Shown: positions 1 through 9,522, counted from the first letter of the stretch. The stretch: 64,000 bases of DNA from an uncultured Collinsella sp. (GCA_902493985.1 CABURR010000003.1:7210-71209), one strand, 5' to 3'. Notes: generated by a model from the letters alone, not told the origin. A program made the numbers and translations.

Positions 1-1
1 A

Positions 2-787
2 AGCGCCGCAGGACTCATAGAATTTAGTAAACACGCTGAAACCTATGCACATTCTGTAAATAAGAAGGTTGTCAGCCATCTCGCCACTGAACAAATTGAG
101 TCTAGCAAAAGCGACATGCAGGAATTAGCCCTGATACCAAAAATTGTTGTCGGGAATCTATATACACCCGCCGATTCAACAATTACGTTTAGTAGCATCG
201 TTAGCGAGATGAGAAAGCACCATCCCAATCTATGCGCTTTGAGCTTCAATCCTTTAAATGAAATCTGGGGCTGCAACACCCTTAGTTTTGATGGTGGCCA
301 ATCCGCCGTCATCAAAATGAATGAGCAGATCAACCTCATCATTGAGAATGATAAATCCGACCTAGCTCTATTAGAAACGCCCAATGTGCTTATGAAATAC
401 GACGATCACATTTTCGGAGATTACGGATTAGGATCGATTGCCGCATGTCGAGCTTTCTGCCCTGACTTGGCCATTATCAATATCCCATACACGATAGCCG
501 ACTACGACATAATGCTTGGGCTCATGCCCGTAATTGAAACGCTTACGCAAGCAGAGAAAGTTCAATTTGAAATTACAAACGAAGTACTTGACGCCACGGA
601 AGGGCTGGAGACGCATAGATTTCAAATAAGCTATTCATCTAGCGATAAAGCTATTCAAGCAGCAAGGGAACTTCGACTAAGAGGAATGCCCTGTTTCTCA
701 GCCAGCTTAGATCCAGAAGAATCATTACTATGCTGCAAAACAATCGAGAACGAGTTGTTTGATTTCGATATTGGGGTGCTGAAATGA
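2..787 (+). CDS. Peptide maturation system protein, TIGR04066-like (5'-truncated by window edge)
   Basis: Frame is open from base 2, so ATG 116 is probably internal. DLALLETPNVLMKYDDHIFGDYG...PDLAIINIPY resembles the C-terminal half of the clostridial TIGR04066 family as I recall it; next to ACP-like and Cys-rich peptide genes. Confidence 0.65.
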   Translation, partial: SAAGLIEFSKHAETYAHSVNKKVVSHLATEQIESSKSDMQELALIPKIVVGNLYTPADSTITFSSIVSEMRKHHPNLCALSFNPLNEIWGCNTLSFDGGQSAVIKMNEQINLIIENDKSDLALLETPNVLMKYDDHIFGDYGLGSIAACRAFCPDLAIINIPYTIADYDIMLGLMPVIETLTQAEKVQFEITNEVLDATEGLETHRFQISYSSSDKAIQAARELRLRGMPCFSASLDPEESLLCCKTIENELFDFDIGVLK

Positions 788-1098
788 CAGCATATTGTAA
801 AGATGAAACCATCTACGCAGAAATCGAAAAAGCGATAAGCAATATTAGAGATTTGGATTTGACTCAATTTGACCAAAATCTAAGAAATCAGCAATTGACC
901 GACCCGCCATTCAACTTGTCCTCATCAGATTTAGTTCGACTGCTAATTTATCTTGAAAGCAGGTTTTCTGTTTACGTTGAGTACTCGTCGATTGAAAACC
1001 TAGGGTTCAACAGTGTTGAGGAGGTGAAGAAGGTAATAGAACAGGCAGAAACAATTGAACAATGGGAGGCAAATCATGAGAAGTATTCGTCCATTTAA
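784..1098 (+). CDS. Acyl carrier protein-related peptide maturation protein (TIGR04069-like)
   Basis: ATGA overlap with upstream gene; ACP-like LTDPPFNLSSSDLVRLLIYLESRFSV...FNSVEEVKKVI; acidic, 104 aa. Confidence 0.7.
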   Translation: MTAYCKDETIYAEIEKAISNIRDLDLTQFDQNLRNQQLTDPPFNLSSSDLVRLLIYLESRFSVYVEYSSIENLGFNSVEEVKKVIEQAETIEQWEANHEKYSSI

Positions 1099-1255
1099 CA
1101 TGCATGCAGTAAATAGCGCCATTCATTTTATTAGAAATTGCCCATGCGGTTATTGCAGCTGCATGTACTGCAACATACTGCGCAATTCTCCGCACGAAGC
1201 AGAAGTCGGTTCCAATTCGATCGAGGCGATGACGCGTGGTGGCTACTGGTCCTAA
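1076..1255 (+). CDS. Cys-rich RiPP precursor peptide (CLI_3235/TIGR04065-like), 59 aa
   Basis: GGGAGG RBS before ATG 1076; MRSIRPFNMHAVNSAIHFIRN-CPCGYCSCMYC-NILRNS...GGYWS with 5 clustered Cys; overlaps both neighbours. Confidence 0.65.
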   Translation: MRSIRPFNMHAVNSAIHFIRNCPCGYCSCMYCNILRNSPHEAEVGSNSIEAMTRGGYWS

Positions 1256-1775
1256 ATCGAGCAAGACGGCTACAAACGAATATCGAATCTCAATTGAGGG
1301 TAACCCTTACCCGCATGATCTAGTTCTCATCAACCCAGCTGGAGACAACCTCAATATCAAAAGACATGGGTTCACGGGTCCACTAGGACAGCTATTGAGT
1401 CTAAAATATACCGTTTATGACGATGCAAATGAAAAACTCTTCACTGTCGTCGACGGTGGTTTTAGCAACATGCCCAGGGTTGCGCTCATCATCGAACACA
1501 AGGAAGTTGCGGTGTTTGATTATGGCCTAAACAGACTTGAGATGAAGTGCGTAACGAACATACCGAATTACTCAATAAAAGGTAACTTCCTATTTGGAGA
1601 TTACGATATATTCAGCCAACGGGAAGTGAAGCTATCTTCAGTTATCGTCCTTCAATGTGCTAAACGATCGTGCTTTAGCATACAGGTTTTGGATAAAGCC
1701 GAATTAGCCGCCGCAATTGGAATACCCACAGCCATTGCCCTTCTGAGGGCTCGGATTGAAGAGCATCTCGAATAA
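1236..1775 (+). CDS. LURP-one/scramblase (tubby-like) family protein
   Basis: YTVYDDANEKLFTV...YSIKGNFLFGDYDIF beta-strand pattern followed by a C-terminal hydrophobic helix (AAAIGIPTAIALL). Confidence 0.55.
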   Translation: MVATGPKSSKTATNEYRISIEGNPYPHDLVLINPAGDNLNIKRHGFTGPLGQLLSLKYTVYDDANEKLFTVVDGGFSNMPRVALIIEHKEVAVFDYGLNRLEMKCVTNIPNYSIKGNFLFGDYDIFSQREVKLSSVIVLQCAKRSCFSIQVLDKAELAAAIGIPTAIALLRARIEEHLE

Positions 1776-1809
1776 ATCGCAAAAAGCGGTTCGTAGCAAC
1801 GTTCAGGAG

Positions 1810-3414
1810 CTAGATAGTTTTTTCTGGCTCCTGAAACTGTATTACATAGTCTGCAAATTGTTCGAAACCATGTCCATGATCCGCAATGATGACGATTCGC
1901 TCTTTCATCTCCTGTGCAACCACCGCCTTCAAAAAGGATATCGAAGCATTATCTAAATTGTTGCAAGGCTCATCCAAAATAACAATAGAATAACTGCTCA
2001 GAAAGGCCCTACAAAGTAATAGAGAAGCCAGTTCTCCGCCAGACAAATTGTGTCCCCTAGCTCCAATGATGGGATTTGATTCAAATAATTTATCGAGGCT
2101 AAAACCCCTCAAAAGATAGATGAGTTTTTCAGAGTCAATATCTACAAGACCATAGTAAAGAGCCTTCCTGAAAGTTCCCCCCATTATCAAATGTCTTTGC
2201 GGCATAGTTGCGCAGGGCAGCTGGATTAAAGTCGAACCATCGAAAATGACAGTAGACTCATTAACACACAGTCTGCCAGCAACTGGAGACAATAATCCAT
2301 TCAATACTTCCAGAAATGAAGATTTACCACATGCATTAGGGCCGCTTACTAAAACCAGACAAGGTGCCTGTATGGTGCAATCTGGAATTGTTATCCTCTC
2401 ATTAGTTTCGTTCGACGAAAACGAGAGACTGATTCCTTTCCAACTAATTCGATCAGCGTGATCGAAGCATATCAAATTAGGTTTTTCAGCTTCCAAAAGA
2501 CGACGTAATTCCAAGACACGGTGCAACGATCTAAACGACGGCTGAAGCTGAGCCCAACAATTCAGAACAAGAGGAAAAGGAGAATAGCATAGAAGTACAA
2601 GTTGATAACTCTGCACTGCAATCCCGACCGTAAGCCCGCGCTTTAACACAAGGAAAATAAGCAGCAGAACTGAAAGCAAGCCAGTAATGATGTTGCCAGC
2701 GTCAACTATTTCAGTTGCCAATCTCGCAAAGACGCTCTCCTCAACTCGAGAGTTCCTGCAGTCTTTAAGCATCTTTTTATAGTGAAGTAATTCCAAGTTA
2801 ATTGAACGAGAAATACGAATGTAAAGTCGACAATTTATTAGTTGGGCTAAATAAGCAGAACCCCTCGCCTGGGCCTCCAATGCCTTTTCGCTCTTAGTCG
2901 ATAGCTTACTAAGAGCGAACGGATATAGAAGCGAAATAAACAATGCCGAAACACAAACAGGAATCAAAAGCAACAAAGAGATATTAGATAGCGCCACAAA
3001 CGATACCAAACCCGTCACTAGGCACGGAAGAAACGCAGTTGTAAATATCCCAATCATCGGCTGTAGGTTCCCAGCCTCTTCAATGCGCGATAACAGGTAG
3101 TCACTGTCTTTTGCTAAAACTAAGGGCCGCTCTAAAGCATGGCGGGCAAGCAATCTATAGAAGCAGTTAGCACCATCGGAAGCCAATTGCTCCGCATTTT
3201 TTGATCTGAACAGGTTTGTCACCAGCTCAACTGAGAGCAATACTAGCAGGCCTAACCCAATGTATAAAACGTTACGATAATTAGAGCGAAGCAGGCCATA
3301 GTCTATTATCAACGATTCAGCTTTAACAACAGACAGCTCCACCAGGGCAGATAAAATGCAGAGCGCCATCAACTTGATTACTGTCGTCTTATTTTGAATA
3401 AAAAGCTCTGGCAT
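1810..3414 (-). CDS. ABC exporter, fused permease/ATPase (peptide export type)
   Basis: N-terminal TM helices; Walker A GPNACGKS, signature LSGGE, Walker B IVILDEP, H-loop IADH. Confidence 0.85.
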   Translation of the reverse strand: MPELFIQNKTTVIKLMALCILSALVELSVVKAESLIIDYGLLRSNYRNVLYIGLGLLVLLSVELVTNLFRSKNAEQLASDGANCFYRLLARHALERPLVLAKDSDYLLSRIEEAGNLQPMIGIFTTAFLPCLVTGLVSFVALSNISLLLLIPVCVSALFISLLYPFALSKLSTKSEKALEAQARGSAYLAQLINCRLYIRISRSINLELLHYKKMLKDCRNSRVEESVFARLATEIVDAGNIITGLLSVLLLIFLVLKRGLTVGIAVQSYQLVLLCYSPFPLVLNCWAQLQPSFRSLHRVLELRRLLEAEKPNLICFDHADRISWKGISLSFSSNETNERITIPDCTIQAPCLVLVSGPNACGKSSFLEVLNGLLSPVAGRLCVNESTVIFDGSTLIQLPCATMPQRHLIMGGTFRKALYYGLVDIDSEKLIYLLRGFSLDKLFESNPIIGARGHNLSGGELASLLLCRAFLSSYSIVILDEPCNNLDNASISFLKAVVAQEMKERIVIIADHGHGFEQFADYVIQFQEPEKTI

Positions 3415-3545
3415 ATGTCCATCCCCTCAACTAATAATTATAGCTAGAAAGATGACATTTTTATTCTATAGCCTCAAGCAGCACGCTTTGCTGACGTCAA
3501 ATCTTGTCATTACAAACATGCACCTTAGCGCTTAAGACTCCAAAA

Positions 3546-3575
3546 AGGGGCGGCCAAGATGGCCGTCCCCTCCCC
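3546..3575 (-). terminator. Intrinsic terminator after yoaK-like gene
   Basis: Hairpin GGGGCGGCCA-AGA-TGGCCGTCCCC preceded by AAAAA (U-tract on minus strand). Confidence 0.6.
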
Positions 3576-3624
3576 ATTATCGATCTATCTGACAAGGGGA
3601 CTGCCCCCTTGTCACATCTTGCCG

Positions 3625-4341
3625 CTATTTTTGGCAGGCGTCTTTCCAATCTTCGCAGGCGCGCTTCCAGCGAGAGCGCAAATCGCGCTCGCGGTCGATA
3701 AACATAATGCCAAACGCGACAAACAGCAGCACGCTCGTCACCGCAATGGCGTGCAAGCCCATGCGCTCAATGCACCAATTGCCCAGCACGGCGCCAAACA
3801 CAAAGGTGAAAATCACGCCAAAGTACAGCAGGCCGTTTTCCAAAAAGCCACGCCTATGGGTGATGATGTAGTCGTCCACGTTTTGCAAGGCATTACGCAG
3901 ATTGCCGATGCACATGGTCGTAGCGATGCCGTGACCGTGGATCTTGCGGAAGCTCTCGACCTGCATACCGCAGGCAAACGAAGTGAGGCAGTTGGCGAGC
4001 AGGTTGAAATCGCCGCCCGGGATAAAGCTCACGCCCAGCAAGATAACGGCTTCAAAAAACACCGTCACCTGGCGCCAGTGAATCACGCTGCCAAACCGCT
4101 CGTGTACCAGGTCGGCAAGCATAATACCCACGGCAAACGACACCACGGGGAAGAAATAGCGACCCGCAAGTGCCCAATTGCCCTCCGAGATGCTCACGCC
4201 CACGAGCAGGATGTTGCCCGTCTGCGCGTTGGCGAAAACATGGTCGCGCCCAATGTACGAATACACATCCATAAAGCCACCGGCGAGCGCCAAGATGATG
4301 CCCAGCTCAATAGACTCCGATATCTGTTTGGCACGCTGCAT
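3625..4341 (-). CDS. YoaK/DUF1275 family membrane protein
   Basis: GGFMDVYSY...FANAQTGN...TTMCIGNL motifs; AGGAGG RBS before MQRAKQ. Confidence 0.85.
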   Translation of the reverse strand: MQRAKQISESIELGIILALAGGFMDVYSYIGRDHVFANAQTGNILLVGVSISEGNWALAGRYFFPVVSFAVGIMLADLVHERFGSVIHWRQVTVFFEAVILLGVSFIPGGDFNLLANCLTSFACGMQVESFRKIHGHGIATTMCIGNLRNALQNVDDYIITHRRGFLENGLLYFGVIFTFVFGAVLGNWCIERMGLHAIAVTSVLLFVAFGIMFIDRERDLRSRWKRACEDWKDACQK

Positions 4342-4603
4342 CGTCGTGCATCCTCCTTGTTGACGACTCTCTCGTGCGTTGGCGGAAACATAGCCGCCGT
4401 TCATACTGTAACCCATTGACAACATGGCGCGCGCGCGAGACGGCTTCCCCAACGCGCAGATACACAGTCTGGAAACAAACGGCGGGTACGGCACCCGCAT
4501 CGACGCGCCGATCCGCCAGCCCATGTACTCCACCAGTCTTTTTAGCCCCGTCCCAAAAAGACTGGTTACAATTACGTGCAGTATACAAACACCGGGAGGG
4601 ATC

Positions 4604-6739
4604 GTGGCAAAAAAGCCTCAGCACGCTCAGAACAACCAGCGCAGTCAGCAGGGCAAACAGGGCCAGCAGCAAAAGCGCGGCGGCAAGGCCCAGGGCGGCC
4701 ACGCCACTCATACCCCGGCTGCGCCCGCCCGTCCCTGGCGTCCGGGCCGCGATAAGTTCCTCCCCGTCAGCCGCGCCGACATGGATGCGCGCGGTTGGGA
4801 CCAGTGCGACTTTGTCTACATCTGCGGCGACGCCTACGTGGACCACCCCAGCTTTGGTATGGCCATCGTCAGCCGCGTGCTCGACGCGCACGGCTACAAA
4901 GTGGGCATTATCTGTCAGCCCGACTGGACCGACCCCGCCAGCATCACGGTGCTCGGCGAGCCTCGCCTGGGCTTTCTCGTCAGTGCCGGTAACATGGACT
5001 CCATGGTCAACCACTATTCGGTGACCAAGCACCGCCGCCACACCGACGCCTATACCCCCGGTGGCGAGGAGGGGCACCGCCCCAATCGTGCCGTCACGGT
5101 CTACGGCAACCTCATCCGCCAGACGTTCAAGGACGCCCCCATCATTATCGGCGGCATCGAGGCGAGCCTGCGCCGCCTAGCCCACTACGACTACTGGCAA
5201 GACAAGCTCAAGCGCTCGGTGCTGCTCGACTCGGGCGCCGACATCCTCATCTACGGCATGGGCGAGCACGCGATCGTCGAGATCGCCGACGCGCTCGACG
5301 CCGGACTGCCCGTCGATCAGATCACCTATATCAACGGCACCGTCTACCGCACCAGCTCGCTCGACGAGGTCTATGACTACGACCTGCTTCCCAGCTGGGA
5401 CGACCTTGCCGCCGACAAGCTCAACTACGCGCGCAGCTTTAACGTGCAGCAGCAGAATATGGACCCCATCACCGGGCATCGCCTGGTAGAGCCCTACCCC
5501 AACAGCGTCTATGTGGTACAGAACCCGCCGTCGGCGACGCTCACCACCGATGAGATGGACGAGGTGGCCGAGCTCCCCTACGCACGCGATTGGCATCCCG
5601 ACTACGACGCGGCGGGCGGCGTGCCGGCCTTTGCCGAGATCAAGTTTTCCATTAGCTCCAACCGCGGCTGTTTTGGCGAGTGCTCGTTTTGCGCCCTCAC
5701 CTTCCACCAGGGCCGCGTGCTGCAGATGCGCAGCCACGACTCGATCATGCGCGAGGCCGAGCTGCTCACGCGCGATCCCGAGTTTAAGGGCTACATCAAC
5801 GACGTGGGCGGGCCAACGGCAAACTTTAGCCGTCCCGCCTGCGACAAGCAGCTCAAGCACGGCGTATGCAAGAACAAGCGCTGCCTGTGGCCAAGCGTGT
5901 GCAAGAACATGGTGGTCGACGAAAGCGGCTACACGCAGCTGTTGCGCGACCTGCGCCAGCTGCCGGGCGTCAAGAAGGTCTTCGTCCGCAGCGGCATCCG
6001 TTTTGACTACACCATGGCCGATGCCTCGGACGAGTTTTTGCGCGAGCTGCTGGAGCATCACGTCTCGGGCCAGTTACGCGTGGCACCCGAGCACGTGAGC
6101 GATGCGGTGCTGTCTGTGATGGGTAAGCCGAGCCGAGCCGTCTACGATGCGTTCTGCCGTAAATTTGAACGTTTGAACCGCGAATACGGTCTTAAACAAT
6201 ATGTGGTGCCGTATCTGATCTCGAGCCACCCCGGTTCAACCATGAAGGAAGCCGTGGACCTTGCCAAGGCCGTGCGAGACATGGGCTACATGCCCGAGCA
6301 GGTGCAGGACTTCTACCCCACGCCGTCCACCATGTCGACGTGCATGTACTACACCGGCGTGGACCCGCGCACCATGGAGCCGATCTATGTGGCGCGCGAC
6401 CCGCACGAAAAGGCCATGCAGCGCGCGCTCATCCAGTATCGCAAACCCGAGAACTACAAGCTCGTGCGCGAGGCGCTGGAAAAAGCCGGCCGCCGCGATC
6501 TGATCGGCTACACCAAGCATTGCCTGATTCGTCCCGTGCCACCGCGCCCGGGCGAGACGTCTGCTGGCGGCGGACACGGCACCGGCAAGAAGGGCGGCAA
6601 GGCCCACGGTGGCGCCGCCGGCAAGGGACCCAAGGGTAGCAAGGGCCACGGCGGCATGTCGCGTGCGCAGAACACCGCAGGCCGCAACCGCGCAGCTCAG
6701 GGGCGTCAGGGTGCCAACGGAGGCGGTCGCCGCAATTAG
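4604..6739 (+). CDS. ygiQ: YgiQ family radical SAM protein
   Basis: GDAYVDHPSFG, AGNMDSMVNHY, RGCFGECSFC (CxxxCxxC), QVQDFYPTP; GTG start after GGGAGGG. Confidence 0.9.
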   Translation: MAKKPQHAQNNQRSQQGKQGQQQKRGGKAQGGHATHTPAAPARPWRPGRDKFLPVSRADMDARGWDQCDFVYICGDAYVDHPSFGMAIVSRVLDAHGYKVGIICQPDWTDPASITVLGEPRLGFLVSAGNMDSMVNHYSVTKHRRHTDAYTPGGEEGHRPNRAVTVYGNLIRQTFKDAPIIIGGIEASLRRLAHYDYWQDKLKRSVLLDSGADILIYGMGEHAIVEIADALDAGLPVDQITYINGTVYRTSSLDEVYDYDLLPSWDDLAADKLNYARSFNVQQQNMDPITGHRLVEPYPNSVYVVQNPPSATLTTDEMDEVAELPYARDWHPDYDAAGGVPAFAEIKFSISSNRGCFGECSFCALTFHQGRVLQMRSHDSIMREAELLTRDPEFKGYINDVGGPTANFSRPACDKQLKHGVCKNKRCLWPSVCKNMVVDESGYTQLLRDLRQLPGVKKVFVRSGIRFDYTMADASDEFLRELLEHHVSGQLRVAPEHVSDAVLSVMGKPSRAVYDAFCRKFERLNREYGLKQYVVPYLISSHPGSTMKEAVDLAKAVRDMGYMPEQVQDFYPTPSTMSTCMYYTGVDPRTMEPIYVARDPHEKAMQRALIQYRKPENYKLVREALEKAGRRDLIGYTKHCLIRPVPPRPGETSAGGGHGTGKKGGKAHGGAAGKGPKGSKGHGGMSRAQNTAGRNRAAQGRQGANGGGRRN

Positions 6740-7656
6740 TGCGGGAATGCGGTAGATGTGGTCACAGCGCTCTGTTGGCACGCTTGGCGCAGTGAGCGCA
6801 TCGCCTCAACGAGGATGACGCCGGCGATCGCAACAGTAACCACCACATCGAGCGGCGTGTTCACAAACCAGAGCAACGTCATGAGATACGACCCGGCGTT
6901 AAAGGCAAAGTGCAGCAGGATCGTGTAGCGGAGCTTTCCGGTAGTCACGAGCACCCAGCCAAAAATGAGGCCGGCAGCGCCGGCGTAGCAGCCCTGGACC
7001 CAGTTCATATGCATAAAGCCAAAGACCGCCGCCTGCAACACGATTGCCGCGGCGACGCCCCAGGTATTCGGGGCCGCCCAGGGCACTATGGCGCCATCCT
7101 GCGCGTTCACACGGCGCCGGCGTTTCCAGAGCGGACGGCACTGTGGATTAAACGCACGCAGCGAAAACTCAAAGATGACGCCGCGCACCAGGAGCTCTTC
7201 GCAAAACGGCGCACCGAGCACCGTAGTCAAGACGGCAAGAAGGCTGGTATCGCCCATGCCTGTTTCCTCGACAAGCTCGCTATAGTCTGCCGCAACCTCG
7301 GGCAGCAGCGACAGCACGCCGTCGCATAAATAGCTAATGACCACCTGCATGGATAGGCCGATCACGATGACGCAGGCGATGCGCCTCCATGCTTTGCCTG
7401 CTCCCCCGCCAAGCGGGCGCTCGCCCTGCCAGCGCGCCATAAACGAGCGCGGCCACAGATAACGCCACCACAGCAGCGCCATCAAAAACGACGCCGTCTG
7501 AGCGGCAGCCTGGAACCATTGGATATCGAGATTGTCGATCGGATAGCCCGTCAGCACCGATACGGCATCGAGAACTGAAAACAAAACCACGCTCAGGGCT
7601 ATATCGGCAGCGACAACGCCAAAACAGGCAAGCGCCCAAATCATCGCATTGAGCAT
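6736..7656 (-). CDS. CPBP (CAAX/Abi) family intramembrane metalloprotease
   Basis: APFCEELLVRG, FGFMH and LLHFAFN motifs; multiple TM helices; GAGGAGG RBS. Confidence 0.85.
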   Translation of the reverse strand: MLNAMIWALACFGVVAADIALSVVLFSVLDAVSVLTGYPIDNLDIQWFQAAAQTASFLMALLWWRYLWPRSFMARWQGERPLGGGAGKAWRRIACVIVIGLSMQVVISYLCDGVLSLLPEVAADYSELVEETGMGDTSLLAVLTTVLGAPFCEELLVRGVIFEFSLRAFNPQCRPLWKRRRRVNAQDGAIVPWAAPNTWGVAAAIVLQAAVFGFMHMNWVQGCYAGAAGLIFGWVLVTTGKLRYTILLHFAFNAGSYLMTLLWFVNTPLDVVVTVAIAGVILVEAMRSLRQACQQSAVTTSTAFPH

Positions 7657-7711
7657 GCCAACCTCCTCAAAACCGTTCCCTAGTTCTACCACAACTCGGC
7701 AGAGAGCTAAT

Positions 7712-8135
7712 CCCATGGGGACGGAGGAAAACTGATCACTTATTGATGAGAATCGGGCGCAGTGCCAAAGGCCCCGCTGGGCGAAATATCGAACGGGAAG
7801 GTGCCGCAACGATTGAACGCGGCGATAAACATGCGGATGGCGTTGGACGGCGTGGTGCCCACGAGCTGGGTTGCCGCCGCGAAGGCTGCCTTCTCCTCGG
7901 GCAAGACCTTCGCGACAACCGGGGTCATATGTTCTGCCATGGCGCTTCCTTTTTGAAACGACGGTAGTGCGGATAGATGCGGGCCGCGCGGCTGGGCGAC
8001 GGGCTGTGAAGGCAACCCGATTGGCCCGCATCTGGAGTTTGTTTCTGCGGCGTTGGTATTACTTGGTATTCCTAAGTATTACCCGGTAGATAGAATACCA
8101 CACCCGCCCCATGGGGACGGAGAAAAACGGATCAT
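7712..8135. repeat. ~28-bp imperfect direct repeats flanking the antitoxin-like gene
   Basis: CCCATGGGGACGGAGGAAAACTGATCA at ~7712 and CCCATGGGGACGGAGAAAAACGGATCA at ~8108. Confidence 0.75.
7740..7940 (-). CDS. Orphan RelB/DinJ-like ribbon-helix-helix antitoxin
   Basis: EEKAAFAAATQLVGTTPSNAIRMFIAAFNRCGTFPFD matches the RelB/DinJ pattern; no toxin ORF adjacent. Confidence 0.65.
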   Translation of the reverse strand: MAEHMTPVVAKVLPEEKAAFAAATQLVGTTPSNAIRMFIAAFNRCGTFPFDISPSGAFGTAPDSHQ

Positions 8136-8154
8136 TTTGTTGCTGAGTAAGTAC

Positions 8155-9519
8155 TCAGAGCGTGATGATGCCCGAGATATCGAGGGCCCGAGCGTCAGCG
8201 GCATCGTGCGTGGCAAGCAACAGCATGCGGCCGTCGAGCAAGTCGAGCACGACCTCGGCGCATGCGTCGCGCGCAGCGGTATCTAGACCGGCAAAGGGTT
8301 CGTCCAGAATCACCGCGTCGCCTGGGCACAGCAGGGCTCGGGCGATCTCGACGCGACGGCGCTGCCCGCCCGAGAGCTCGGCTACGCGGGCATGCACATC
8401 GACCCCTGGCACCAACCGGCGTAGCAAGGCCGCAGCACTCGATGCACCCACGCGCGTATCGGCACACACCAGTACGTTATCCAAGGCAGAAGCGTCCTCG
8501 ACCAGGCGCACATCCTGAAACACCATGGAGCACGGCGCGCACTCCCCCGCCGCCAGCGCAAGCAACGTCGACTTGCCCATGCCCGAAGCGCCCATCACAC
8601 AGATACGCCCACCCGCAGTCACGTTGAGCACCAGCCCGTCGAGCGCCGGCGCCCAGGGCGCGCGATCGCCCACGGCGAACGCAAGCTCCGCAGCAGCCCC
8701 GCCGCCAGCAGAGCCGCCCGCACGCCCATGCGCCCGCACGGCCGCGCGCCACGCCACGGGTCCCGAAACCCGCAGCAGCCACACAAGCACGTGCTCACAC
8801 GCCCACGAGGCGGCAACGACCAGCACGGTCCACGCCAGCAGATCAGCCGTCTCAATCAAAAGCTTTGCCTGATAGATGCGCTCCCCCACGGTGCCCACCG
8901 CCATGCCGATCAGCTCGGCTGCCACGCCGGCCTTCCAGCTCATGCCAATCACGGTACGGGCGCACGAAAGCACAAACGGCAGGACTTCGCGCCAGGTATG
9001 AGCGCAAAACAGTCGCCAGCCCCGCACGCCATGCAGGCGGAACATCTGCTCCAGCGGCTTATCCACTTGCGCCAAGCCCTCGGCCAGCGAAAAATACACG
9101 CCCGGCAGCGCCATCAAAAAGACTGCCGCGATGCTCACGCGCGCCGACCCCAGCCAAATGAGCAGCAGGACCACCACGCAGGCGACCGGCGTCGCCTTTA
9201 CAAACGACAGCGCCGGCGCCACCAGGCGGGAGAACGTCCGCGACCGCACCGAGACTCCCGCCAGCACGCCGCCGCACACCGCGGCAAGCGCCAGCCCGCC
9301 CAGTATCCGCGCACCCGAGCCCGCCAGAATCACCCACGTGCCGGCATCGCACGCCAGCCGCAGCAACGCCACCACGACAGCGCCCGGCCCCGGCAAGATC
9401 AGCGGCTGCGCCACCAGCGCCGCCGCGAAGACCCACATGGCAAGCCAAAAGGCGGCAACGGCACCTGCTGCCGCCACCGCCTTCATGCGCTCTGTCATTT
9501 GTCGAGCAAACGCACGCAC
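8155..9519 (-). CDS. NitT/TauT/SsuC-like ABC permease fused to a compact ATPase
   Basis: Permease SWKAGVAAELIG; then GASGMGKS, MVFQD, LSGGQRRR, ILDEPF, ATH in the same frame. Confidence 0.8.
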   Translation of the reverse strand: MRAFARQMTERMKAVAAAGAVAAFWLAMWVFAAALVAQPLILPGPGAVVVALLRLACDAGTWVILAGSGARILGGLALAAVCGGVLAGVSVRSRTFSRLVAPALSFVKATPVACVVVLLLIWLGSARVSIAAVFLMALPGVYFSLAEGLAQVDKPLEQMFRLHGVRGWRLFCAHTWREVLPFVLSCARTVIGMSWKAGVAAELIGMAVGTVGERIYQAKLLIETADLLAWTVLVVAASWACEHVLVWLLRVSGPVAWRAAVRAHGRAGGSAGGGAAAELAFAVGDRAPWAPALDGLVLNVTAGGRICVMGASGMGKSTLLALAAGECAPCSMVFQDVRLVEDASALDNVLVCADTRVGASSAAALLRRLVPGVDVHARVAELSGGQRRRVEIARALLCPGDAVILDEPFAGLDTAARDACAEVVLDLLDGRMLLLATHDAADARALDISGIITL

Positions 9520-9522
9520 GGG

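Larger units (their letters stand above)
1..3540. mobile_element. Right end of an AT-rich, probably horizontally acquired island
   Basis: Visibly AT-richer sequence and codon usage than the GC-rich DNA starting at ~3600; left boundary lies outside the window; no integrase seen. Confidence 0.6.

Noticed and set aside
4604..7656. YgiQ radical SAM and CPBP protease as the RiPP maturase and immunity genes
   Set aside because: Both have host-like high GC and lie outside the island; YgiQ is a widespread family without a SPASM/RRE region.
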